Shown here: positions 1 through 12,364 of the stretch, piece after piece
How positions within the stretch are numbered: position 1 is the stretch's first letter
How the letters are laid out: every line of letters starts with the position of its first letter
Source of the DNA: Tricharina praecox
Taxonomy: Eukaryota
Direction of reading: 5' to 3'
Assembly (NCBI RefSeq): GCF_024521635.1
Contig: NW_026250437.1
Location: 62,001 to 126,000, forward strand
DNA length: 64,000 nucleotides
Translations under genes and position numbers: made by a program
Notes under the pieces: generated by a model
The model's database searches: none
Told to the model about the DNA's origin: nothing
The model's input: only the letters and a program-made list of their open reading frames with translations

Positions 1-199
1 GGGTGTAGTAGTGTTCGCACATGGTGGGTATTGGTGTATAGAGGATGGGATCGCTGTTGTCGTGAGAACGCGAAGTAAGAATCCCGTCCGTCCCGACAGA
101 ACGAGGGAGGGATGGGAGGAGGGAGGGGCGATGTCGAGATAGATATACATATGCAGACACCAGACACTCTGTACGTAGGCATCGACACGGCATCGACAC

Positions 200-243
200 G
201 ACCACCACCACCACCACCACCACCACCACCACCACCACCACCG
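200..243. repeat. (ACC)n trinucleotide microsatellite
   Basis: Uninterrupted accacc... run visible in the sequence. Confidence 0.95.
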
Positions 244-3200
244 CAGTGGTCGACAGTCTCCTTGCTTTTTTTCTGCTAGGAGCGAACGAACGAACAAGCA
301 AACCTCATGCATGCAGGGTGGAGGGGAGGGGGCACTGCTGAGCGAGCCAAGAATTCCAACATGCACAACCAGCGAGTCAGCGACCACTGGGCAGTAATCG
401 AGCTGTTGGTTACATATGTAGAGTTGGTGAGTAGAGTATAGTACAGGTCGCTCCGGTGAGGCTGGACGACGCGGCCACGGCGGCGGCGGCATTCCCGAGC
501 AGCGCACGAACGCGCTGCAGTTCCCGGATGGGGATGGACGGATATGTCGCCGTTGGTTCGTGCGGAGCACACGACCTGATGAATTCGAACAGCCTGCCCG
601 CCCGCATCTCACACACTTGGCACCTCCGAGCGCGAGAGCGAGAGTGCCGGTCTGTGGCGGCACGATTCGCTAAGCCATTCCGTTCTCTCGCGCTCCTTTT
701 CACTGCTCAGTGCGCAGTGCTCAGTGCTCCGCGACCTGCGGTGGAATTCTCGCTCGCCAATGTCGTGCTCCGTTCTCGGAGTCTCAGACAAAGACTCCCA
801 AGTACGGTACGCCGTGAACAGGTACCGATGTCGGATCATCGCTTAGTGCGCTCGGTAAAATCTAGTCTTACACCAACCAGCCGGGCCCTCCTGAGTCCTC
901 ACCCTTCGACATCAGAATCTCGAGGACGGCCCATCCAGCTTCGAGGACTGAAGCAAAACCTGCGCCCACTCAGGTTCCACAGCCGACCTCTCGATCGCTC
1001 GCTCGCCCCTCCCCTCACTCCCACTCCCACTCCCGGGCCGCATCATGCACGCATGCGGCATGCCCAACTTCCCTCCCTCGCAGCCTCGCAGATCTTCAAA
1101 GTTCGGGCGCGTTGTGCTTTCTTTTTTTATATGCATAGTTGGGTAGCTATTGGTACATACTTCTTCAACACCACCGACAGACACGGGGAATACAGATCGC
1201 CGCTGTGAGGTGGGTGAGAGAACGGCCGTGACGATATCAATAATCAAGCTTCGAAGCGAAGACGGAGAGGGGCGGGCGGGCGCTTATTCACATCGCATGG
1301 GGGCGGGGTCGGCTGTGTAATCCATAACGGATCCAGGCCCGCTCTATACTGTGCTGCATAGCACACAACGATTGATTACATACCTATCCCCGCGTCGGCG
1401 TAAAGCCTATGCTCCGCAGGCGCGTGGAACTCTGGCCGCTTTCGAGGACAACTCCGCTGTCGTACCGACTAACTAGTGCTCGTCGGCCGCCGCTAGTAAC
1501 TGTACTCCAACTAGGTGCCTACCTAGCCACGTGCGCCCAGGGTGGCTGAGCTCCCACTGGCACCCACCCAAACATCTGGTAGCGCGAGTGATGGGTTCAT
1601 ACCTCCCTACATCCCTATATATTCAACTATTATGTATTCCCGCGCTTCCCAACCAGTCATCGATTCGTGGGTCGACGTGCGAACCCCGCGGCGGCGGTGG
1701 GGAATCGGGGGTAAACGTCTTGGTCAGCTATGCATGGCACATATGTAAGCGCCCGGGGGAGAAAGCTTGGAGTAGGTACTCTACTGAGTTACCCAACCCA
1801 CCGCGCCTCGGTGTGCATAAAGTGCATAAAGTGCTCTTTCTGCGGTGTTGGATTTGTACGAGGTGATTACTACACGGTATAACATAGGTAGTACGGTGGG
1901 TACCGGCGATAAAGAGCGCCACTGTAGTGGGGGTTGAGGCTGATATGGTCCTGACGAGTTTGTGGACGGGTTTCTGCGAGTTCCAAGATGGGTTGCGAAG
2001 GTTGAGCGGTAGGTACACCGTACGAATGGAACCCTGTCGGATCGATTCCGTTGGTACGTACCTACCTGGGTGCCTATGCACTACCTATACTTGTGGGGAG
2101 GGGGGCTATACTGGTACATGAGATGTCACTCACGTCGGTGGTATAGAGTCTGAGTCGTGACCGATGCGACGAAAATTATGGGGCTCTGTGGCTAGGGAGG
2201 TCTGTGGCAAAGTTACTGTGGCTTCCGTATGAAAGGAGTGACTGGTCAGAGTAAAAGAATGGCGGTGTCACTAAAAATCAAGATCTGAAGGGCCGTCGCA
2301 ATTGGCACGGGTGATTAGCTATGAAGGGCTCCTGAGTGGTGATGGATAACTCGTACAGCTAGACAACTGTCGGACATAGCAACATCAAACTACAGTTGAG
2401 AGGCAAGAATCACGGTAGGCTGCTTGGACTGACGGACGTTCGGGTAGGAAACTAATATTCGTCAAGTTTACTTCGGACGTCTTAGCGCGTGTCTTGTGGA
2501 TGAATAGAATTTAGATAGTATGTAGTGGAGATCGAGCCCTTCGCTCAACTTCCGGGATATGTGAAGTACCTACCAAGTTGGTAAGAATAAGAGGTGTGAA
2601 ACAACAGCATGGACCGGGAAGATGATGCGCGCCCCGGCTCCGGGTATCCTGTCCGCTTTCCACCCACGACCTCGAACCGACTTCGATCAGTCTGCAGGCG
2701 GCAGACGGCTCGTTGTGTCTCCTCCCCACCCGCCCACCGCCCCCACAAAGGTCCAGATTGCACCAAGGAAACCACAAAGGAAGGAAGAAATCAGCGCCTT
2801 ACTCGAGGGCCTCGGCTCGCAAACCGGGATAATTCCGAGTGATCGCTGCACCCCCGAGCCCCCAGCCAAGTGCCCACGGCAGCATCCAGCCGTGGAACCC
2901 CATAACCGGTCACTCCTACCACGCATTTATGCAGCCATGCGGACCACCGATTGGATATACTGCTACGACTTGCATCCCGCCTACACTCGGCTGGGATGCC
3001 GCGATACCACTCGAGGCTGCCACGGTTGAGTCTTGACCGGCGGAGTACGGTACCAACAAGTATGGACATGGCCGAGTGGATAATGACATAACACAGGCTG
3101 CCTACCTACTCATAAGCTTGTGCGGTCCAGCCTTTAAGTTGAGGCGGACATGCAGCGCGCAGGGCCTGTACTCTGCATATGTCGGAAGTGAGGGAACGGG

Positions 3201-4171
3201 GGTGCCGCGTGCGGGGGGCCCAGGTGTGCAGACTGCAGACCAGCGGATTTAAGGCTGGTTATCTTCCTCTTGGTCCACGTGGACAGCCCTATCGATACAC
3301 TCCTGCCACAGATATGGTAGGGCGTCGATGCATCTCGCATTACTTCTTCCCCATCCACTCTGTGGGGGCCAGCCTATGTAGAGCATTGTGCGTCAGCCTT
3401 CCCTTCCCCACGGATCGTTGAACACGGAAATTAATCCTAGATCATGGCGGCCGCGGGCCATCACGATTCCCAATCTTGCCTTACCAGTCAGCGAGCACGC
3501 TGCAGTGCGGTGCAGCTTGATCCATGACGGAATCCGGAATATCTGCAGCGGTCACGACGCACTCTGCAGCGGATAAATGCGCGCGGTTCCCTGAGCCCTC
3601 GTTCCTGCACATATGTAGGCCGGAGACGCAGTGTAACCCGCCCGAGTTAAATACAACCGTCTACTGGTCTTTCCGCGCCCCGCGGTCGTTGACGAAGTAA
3701 GCGCTGGCCCAGTTGCGACGACAACGACGGTTTCCCCACGAGATACATAGCAGTACGAATATGCCCGACGCCCGTTCCACCCGCTCGATTTTCGCAGCAT
3801 TCAGGCATGCACGTCCGGGTGCGGGTCCGGCTTCGACTTTAGGTTTTTGCAGCCATGTGCGGTGTGCGTAATTTACTCCGCTGCATTTTTAAATACAAAG
3901 TTTGCAGTGTGAGCTCGCAGCTCTCAGACAAGCCATGCCGTCACGCGACCAGTACAATGCGGCCATCCCCACAGCTGGGGCTTCATGGCCCATATGTAAG
4001 CGGCCGTACTGGTCCTCCGAGCAGGGCGGTGGATATACTCCCTGCGACCTCGCCCCGTCCGCCCCATGGTCCATCCGGGTCCCGCACCGTTCGTTCGTGC
4101 GCAACTTCGCAGAAGCCGCATCAGGTGCTCGCGTGACATTATCTATTGCAGCCAGCTGGTTAGCTAGCAGT

Positions 4172-4172
4172 G

Positions 4173-4233
<61 letters not shown>
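4172..4233. repeat. (GTA)n microsatellite, ~20 units
   Basis: Perfect gtagtagta... run. It produces the spurious poly-Ser in ORF 3902..4303. Confidence 0.95.
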
Positions 4234-5886
4234 CTACCGCCAGTTTCACATCCAGAATTCACATGCTCCAGGAGAATCCAGATACCTAGATAAAAAAAGC
4301 TAAAAAGTGAACGCGCCTCCCCCACGTCCTCCCCTCCCCCTCCTCATCCTCCTCCTCCTCCTTCACACAATCACTCGTCCCCGCGTGTGTCTGCGTGTGC
4401 TCTCTCTCTCGTGTATGTGTGTGTGTGTGTGTCCGGATTCATTTTTCAGCACTTTTCTGCGTGCCGAGTTTTGCACTTTCACTTTGTGCACTGCCTACAC
4501 TGCCTAGTGCTCAGTTCTCGGTGCTCAATGCTGAGTGCTGGGTGCTGAGTGCTCGGTGTTCGGTGCTGAGTGCTCGCAACAAACAATGCGCCAGCAAGAA
4601 AGACAGCAAGAAAGACAGCCAGTCAGCCAACCCATCTGTTCATCAGCACCGCCGCCGCCGCCGCCGCTGCTGCTCAACCGAGTCCTCCCAGCCGACACTC
4701 AACCACTCCAGCTGCCCGGCTGCCCGCGGAAAACCTCGGCTTAACCAGCAAACCCAGCAAACCCAGCAAACTCAGCGAGGCCGGCGGGGCCCGGGTCTCC
4801 AGAGTCCACTGACTACTGTTCACTGTCCGCCTCGCAGTCCCCCTCCAAACACGAGGGGTGCGATACGATGCTCTACCTTATAGGAAACTTCTCCTTACGT
4901 TTGATCGTCTGCTTTGTCTCCGCCTCTCCTGACGGACAAAGTATCATTCCGCAATAGCGCCGAGGTTCAGGCAGGTCCGTCTACATACTAGGTCGTAGTT
5001 AGGGCGCAGAAAGAACCAGTGGGGAGACGTATCTACCATAAGTTAGCTGGGGGGGCGAGGGGATATACCCAATGAACCAACTCCCACCCGGCAGAGTGGG
5101 GGTTGGAATCACGATTAAGTTATAAACATTAGATATGAAGTATGTACATTACTCCGCCCCAGCACCTACACCGTGGGCCACCACAGCGCGACTGAACTCT
5201 ATAGTAATTACTGCCCTCGCGGGCATCGATATCATGATTCTACCGGTACATCAGCGGACGGACGGACGGTACTTACGTTACAAGAATAGAAATAAACAGA
5301 ACAAAAAACAGCGACCCCAAGTAGAAAAACTCCCAATCGCAGAGAGAAGAAGAAGAAGAAACCCAGACAAAACCAAAACCATCCCGTTCATCCGGAAACA
5401 GAGGGGAAAAAAAAGAAGGGATAAAGAAAGACGCGCTGAAAGAGAAACTCTCCCTCCTCCATCCACCCTCACACCCTCCCACCATCACACTTTCCCGGTA
5501 TTCTGGGTATTCCAGGTATTCCCCCAACGCACTTTCCAGGTATCCCCTCCCGTGCCCAATATGACTCCTGTGACAAAAAAGGAAAGACCTGATCTTCTCG
5601 AAACGAAAAAGAAGTTGGAGTCACTAAAACATAAATAAGAGGAAAAAAACCACAAACGATTAGTACTACTATCCCGAGAGCATTTGTCCGGCGGCTGTCC
5701 CCACTAGAAACCCGCTATGGGGAAGCAGCAGCGAAACAAAATCCGGAGATGTGAAGAGAAGCCAAACAAAAACGGACAATGCACGGAATGAAGCGGCGTT
5801 AAGCGGCAGAAATGGACAATCGGAACGAACGACAAAAACCCGCCCCAAGAGATGAGAAAGAAGATGAGTGCGAAGAATGAGATCAA

Positions 5887-7169
5887 TCATTCGAGCCCCG
5901 GCACGAACAGGTTTCGCCCCGTCTTCTTCATGTGCGTCTTCCGGTGCATCCGTAAATTATCTGTGCGCGAGAACTTTCGCCCGCAGATATCGCAATCGAA
6001 CGGCCGCTCGTCGGTATGCGTTCTCTCGTGTCTCCTCAGGTGCTCCTGCCTCTTGAAACGAGCATTGCACGTGCCAATGCTGCAAACATGCGGCTTGTCG
6101 TTGTTGCTGACCACGACCGGAAGTCGTCCGAGGCCCGTACCTTTCGTCTTTTTCGTTGGGGAAGTGGGCTTTCGGCGTTGTATCTGGTGGTATTGCATGG
6201 GCATCAGCGGCGATGCGGCGTAATAACAGAGGTGGAGGGCTGATAGTGCGGCGTCACCACAGTTTGTGGCTGGATAGTCGAGCATAGCGGTGGTGGTGGG
6301 GGTGGTGGGGGTGGGATGGAGATGGGTTTGGTACTCAGGGGATGGTGGATGATAGCGGTCCGGGCTGTATACGAGGGACTGTGGAGAGTCGGACATTTCT
6401 ACGGAATCGTTGAATCCGGGATAACGATGTCGGGAATAATCCAGTCCACTGTCCAGGCTGTTGCTTTTCCGGTACTGCGGGTGCTGTAGTTGTAGTGGCT
6501 CTTCACATTCCGACCTAGAGCGCATCTTGATGTCCATCTCCATATCCATCGATGACGGGTCGTGTTGTTGTTGCTGTTGCTGTTGCTGCTGTTGTTTTTG
6601 CCGTTGCTGTAGTTGTTGCCGTTGCTGTTGCTCTTCTTGTTGCTGTTGTTGTTTTAGTTGTTGTAGCTGTTGGTGGTGGTGGCGGTAATGATCGATGGGA
6701 TTTTGATGTGCCGTATGATGGTGTTGTTGATGATGAGGATGATGATTATCGTGATGAGGTATCGGTGGCTGGCACTGGGGATATTCCGGGAGGGACAGGA
6801 GTTTAGGGGCGACGGCGATGCCGTGGGGGATGGCACTGCCGTTCGAAGGGTAAACATCGTCGTTATCGTCTTCATCCATCATGAGGGAATCCGTGTACGA
6901 TAGCTGTATCGGAGCGGTGCTGTAGTCTCCAAGTGTTCCTTCCGGAGTACTCGGCAGGCTCTCGTCGCAGCCCGAGTCCCAGGAAAGTGAAGAAGCTACC
7001 GAAGTGCGACGGTGCATCAGCGGCGGCGAAGATGAGTTGTAAATATACTCGGAAGGGTTCGGTGTTGTGATGGGCGGTGTTTGAGTCTCATTCTTCATCC
7101 CGGTGAAATATTGAGCATTAACGTTGAGGTTAGGAAACCGGGATTGCTGTAGATATTCTTCGGGATCCA
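5887..7169 (-). CDS. Double C2H2 zinc-finger transcription factor, BrlA/Msn2-like; 5' end unresolved
   Basis: C-terminal fingers [25 protein letters not shown] and [23 protein letters not shown], then [11 protein letters not shown]-rich and S/P-rich activation-type regions precede them. The ORF-track start at 7170 is GTG and coincides with an acceptor (minus strand gctgac...ttcag|TG GAT CCC). The first in-exon ATG is at 7098. Confidence 0.9.
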
Positions 7170-10100
7170 CTGAACCGAAACAGTTGTCAGCGGAACTGAG
7201 GCGATAGACTTAAAAGTTGATATATAGGTATAAACACAAGTGCTCGCGTGGTTGAGATCTGCGCTGGGAGTGTCACGGCAAGCAGACAGGCAAAAGAAAG
7301 GATGCATATTATGGAGGAGAACGGTACATTATGCATAGAGCGAGTAGTGGATGGAGAGGGATGGGGTGTATGAAGACAGCCTGCCAGGTTGGTAAGGACC
7401 GCAGATACCGCAGCCACTGTACGATTTCTCCGCGGAAGGCGGACCAAGCGAATCCACTCAGTACGGAAGAGCCAGGCCCAAACAGCGTCTGGTCGACAGG
7501 GAGTAGTATTGTACAGAGCAAAGCGGCAGAGTGTAGACGCAACAGTGCAGGAGTAAGAAGATATGATACTGGCTCCTCCCCCCCTCCCCCAAGTGGAAGA
7601 AGAGTGAAGACAGTAGAGGAGCAGTGGTATAATAAAACACCGAAGGATTTCTATATCGAACCTTCAACCCATCAAGGTTACTCCAAATGAGGGGGTAGAC
7701 TGGGGGCGGGGGTGAGGGGACGAAACAATACATCAACACGAGTTACGAACAATTGGATTTAGTCTGAACTGACGCGGGGGTGAGGGGGTGGGTTACTTTG
7801 AAGAATTGATATATCAGTCCTCCAATGATATATAAAAGCCGCTGAGAGGACGGGCCGTGGGGGACGGGGGAGGGCCGCGAGGGTGGGGGGGAGGTTTTTT
7901 TTTGCTGAGAACTCCGCACTGGGAGGTGTTTGACTGAGAGGAGTATCTGACGGAGTGGTGGTTTACTTTTTCCGAAAGGGATGCGACTCCTTTCGAGCGA
8001 GTCGATGCTTTCGAGCTGGAAGGTCGGATGTGTGGTATGTTCACAGTATATAGGTTTCGTCCGGCCAGCAGAGATGGGTGTGCGGAACGGTGATTGTTTG
8101 TTTGCGCAACGTCTACCGGGCAATTTGTCAACGGGTCTTCCTCTCTCAATATATCGATGTGACCTCAAAAAAGTCAAAGGGTGGGGGGGATGGGGATGGT
8201 TACATGGCAATCAATGGGGTACGGGGGCCCACGGGAAGCGGTAAACGGGCCGCAGCGAGTGAGTGATTCGACGATCGTTTCGTTCGATGCTAACCAGCGA
8301 AGCGGAGATAGAGTGGTTGGGGGGGGGGGGTTGCGCTTGTAGCGGGGAGTCTGTGTGTAGAGAGCTAGGCGGGGGCGGGGCAGACGGTTGAAGCTTGGGG
8401 GTGCTTAGCTGTCGAAGGCCAAACTGTCTAGATCCTGCATCAACGGCGGCGGGCCAGCTTTCTATAAACTCTCCCGTGGCCGCGCGCCGAGTTAGCGGAG
8501 GCGTCTGATATCCCCCCTCCCCCCCCTCGACCATACCCCGGCAGTGGACTGCAAAACCGGAGATGCACACATCTTGGAGGGTGGGCGGCAGTACGACTCC
8601 CAATGCGGTGATTCGCGCGCCTAATCTGGGCCTTGGCCCCAGCATTTCGGAATAAACTGGTCGCACTGTGGAAAAAGAAAGCGACACCCGGGGAAATGGC
8701 GTGTACCGATCGAGGGCTGAGATGCTGAAAAAAAGTGCGTGTCGGATGTTGCGGGAAGAACTCGAAAGGGTGGCCATCTTATTCTTGTTCTTTTTTCGGG
8801 CAGTTCTACGACAAGATAAGTAAGTTAGGTGCGTATCACGGCTTCTGCAGGCGAGGACTTCAAACTCATGCTTCGTGACCGCGACGCTCTCATTACCGCC
8901 CTAATCGATAGGCTACATGCCTAGGTGGTTCCCGCATCGTGGTCGTCGTTGTCGTAGCCAGCATCGAAGTTAGCCACGCCGGAGATGGGTCTCCAGAGGG
9001 ACTGAAGGTGGCGGTAGATGGCAGCGATGGCAGCGATAGCAGCGATAACAGTGATGGTATGCAAGGAACCCATTCTCGCCATGAGATCAGCTAAGAATTT
9101 AGTTCCATCTAGCTCTGGTGCGCATGTTTCCCGGATTCCAGAAGCGTATGTAACCAGGTAATTGTGTCCTTAGGTAAGTTCTTAGTGCTCGGGGTCTGTT
9201 TGCGACACCGTATCCGTCAATCGTCAATGCATCCGCCTTGTTCTCTGCGGCGGCGGCGGCGGCTGCTCGGCCGCTGATGGGGCGACGCGAGGCCAAAACC
9301 GTGAGATGCGCAGTCAACAGGGGGCCCGGTTAGTGGTGTGTCGAGCATGGAGCACGTTGATTCCTGTATTTCTTTTTTCTTGTCTTTTTCTTTCTTTTTC
9401 TTTCTTTTTCTTTTTTTCTTCTTTTTCCGGGAAATAATGCGTGCGTTAAGCGCGAAAAAAACAACAAAAGTGAGAATATACGGTAGTGGCTTTTGTGGAT
9501 GCATGAGCAAGCCACTTCATGTGAGTCTATGTAGAGGAGGATGAGAAGGATGAGGAGAAGGATGAGGAGGAGAGAGATGGGGCTTTGGGCGAGTGCAAAT
9601 CCTGCTTGTCCTGGTGTGCCTGGCCACCCCCATCGAGAGGCGCGAGTCTTGTCGGGGAAGAGAGGCATTGAGGCATTGAGGCATTGGGGGCATCCTTCGC
9701 ACGCCGATGGTCTGGGATTAGGTTCCATGTCCGGATGGACGTGAACTCTAGTGTAGTTATCTCGAACTCAATTCAAATCTGGACCTCCCCCATCACAGTG
9801 CGGACTCGGGAAACCAAAACGGCTGTGCGAACGTATGTACTATACTTAGTACTGTAGTTACAGTGTATACCATACACCTACCGATCACTGCACAGTGTAG
9901 GCCAGTAACCTAGTTACCGATGTAGGAACGGCGCAGCACGGCGGCCAAGTATCAGGTACCAAGCACGCCCGCAGCCCGCAGAGGCATCATCTGCACCGGC
10001 GCAGGTCTAGGGAGTCAAGCGCGTGTGCGCACGCAGAGAACCTGAAGGAGGAACCGGCGCAATCGCCGCACTAACCGGAACACCATCAAATCTCAAAAAA

Positions 10101-12317
10101 CAGTATGGACGGCGGCGTTCGGTGGCTTTGCGGGCGGAGATGCATGGCCGAATCTTTCCCACCCAACGACCTCGAGGTGGAGAGATGGGCCACGCCCCCC
10201 GGCAAGATGTACATACCTATTCTGTATGGACAAAACCATCAACCCACTCGGAGTGGTCACCCGGACCAAAAAGGCTTCGGCGGCGGCGGTGGTGGGCCAT
10301 GCACACGCGGACACAGTCATCGCACTACTCAGTCGATGGCTGCAAGCCTGCAGGTATTGGTTGGTTGGTTAGTTGGTTAGTTGATTTCTCTTTTCTTTTG
10401 GAAAGCAAGCCTCAAGGAACTCGGGTGACTGAGTGACCCTCATCTCAGCGCCGTCGGTACCCAGCCACGGTGGTACAGACTACGTAGTCACGCCGTCCTC
10501 AGGAATCCGGGCGGATTGGTTCAGCAACCCGCCTCGAGCAGACTTTGTGAACGGAATGTAATGTTGCGTGTATGTACTCACTGGCGGTGGTGGATGCGTC
10601 GAAATGAAACAAAGGGTGGTTGGGTGGGGTGGGGGGGAGGCAGGGAGGGTAGAAACTCAGAAACCGCTACGAGTGGTAACGACGGTAGGCCGCGAGATGT
10701 TGGTGACCGGTCATCTGCTGAGGGCAGCCGGAGGAGGCCAGGGGATGTTTCGACCGTCGAGCTCGAGGGTTGCTCGCGTACGGGGAGGGGAATTCTGACC
10801 GTGCATGCTTGAGAGCTGCATGGCGGCCATCCAAGTGGTCGCTGGCAAGTGAGTGATTCATCCCCCCCCCTCCCCCCCCCCCCCCCTCTCCCTCTCAATC
10901 GCAGCTCTCGATTTACCCATCATCGGCACCACCACCACCACCACCACCACCACCACCCAGCCGCTTGCAAGTCGCAACGAGACCAAACTGGCTGGCCAGG
11001 CCATCTCCCTCTCCGCTATGCGTTCCGACTGGAGTAGGTATTCCTCGACCGGGGGTAGTCGTGTGGATGGGTGGGTGGGTGGGTGGGTGAATGGGGCGGA
11101 GTGGCAGGAGGCCACACTGGACGCTGAAGCAGATGGACCCCGCAACCGAAAGGTCCCCCGCCCCCCCCCCCCCCCCCCGCGAAAATCCCATGCAGCCCCC
11201 ACACCCTCTATCGAGGCATATCCTGGCACGGCTTAACAGCGTGCGACGTGCGTGCGTGCGTAGCGTAGGCAGAAATCGACGGCCAACCCTGTTGGTGCAT
11301 TCGGAGTCTGGGCACTTCGATTGTTGGTTGGTGCTGGAGCGTTGCGGGGCTCTCGCTCTCGGAAGAAGGCACCTGCACGGCGGACGGTGTCGTCGCGTGT
11401 TCGAAGCTCAAACCAAGCGTCGTCGTCTGGTGGCAGCGTGGGGGGTGGTGTTGGTTCTCTGACTAGCAGTCCGACCTTGAATTGAGAGTACAAGCAGCAT
11501 GGACCAGAGAAAGCCAACAAGCTTCGAGTAGCGGCGCTCCGTTACTCGCCCAAACCTCCAACCGAAAAGTCGCATGTCCAATCATGTCCGATTAGCAGTC
11601 AGCATCGATGATGGGATGTTGTGTTTCTGATCCACGGAAGCTGCAAACTAGATTAGAGTTAGTTAGTGGGAGCCTGGCCCGAGCTTTTCTTGGTTCCGTT
11701 GAGACAGACAAGCATTCATACCAGCAGCAGTGCGCACCCACGCACGGAAAACTGGCGGGCCCTGTTGTCTCTCGTCCCGGCAGCCGAGATAAAACAACTC
11801 GGAATGGGGGCAGGAGGATAATACCTATCGATTGCTCTTAGCCCGGTTCCTCTCCGCTCCTCTCCGCTCCTATCGACAAAGCAATGGGTGGGTGGAGCGT
11901 TGCATATCCTTCCATCACATGCATAATGCATAGGGCAGCGAGCACGTCGCTCGACCGATCCCCCCGTCAGTAAGATGTCCCATTGATCTGAGGCTCTTGG
12001 TGGCTTGGTATGTACCAGGAGTGCCGGAGACATTCTTCGTCGACCGTGAGGACTCGGGGCTGGGGAAGAGCTGTCCTCTGCGGGAGAAATCGCGAGCGGT
12101 CGCCATCGATTCCCCGATCACTCGCCATGCTTGGCGGTGGGCCTGATCGCCCTCTGTAGAGACAGCTCCAACACCACGATCACCGCATCGTACATACTAC
12201 CAGTACTCTGACTTGCTTCCTCCTTGTACCTACGGTAGTCGTCTCACACCCATCACATCATCAACGGAGAAGCAGGTATAGATGCCGCCCATTGCAGCCC
12301 GGCAGAGCAGCTACTCT

Positions 12318-12364
12318 GCTCACTCACTCACTCACTCACTCACTCACTCACTCACTCACTCACT
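12318..12364. repeat. (CTCA)n tetranucleotide microsatellite
   Basis: ctcactcactca... run. Confidence 0.95.

Noticed and set aside
456..1208. 250-aa ORF
   Set aside because: Non-ATG start, R/S/P/A-rich with no recognisable motif; consistent with a chance ORF in GC-rich DNA.
4395..4883. Overlapping short ORFs
   Set aside because: They are explained by 7-bp, 10-bp and trinucleotide repeats, with no domain evidence.
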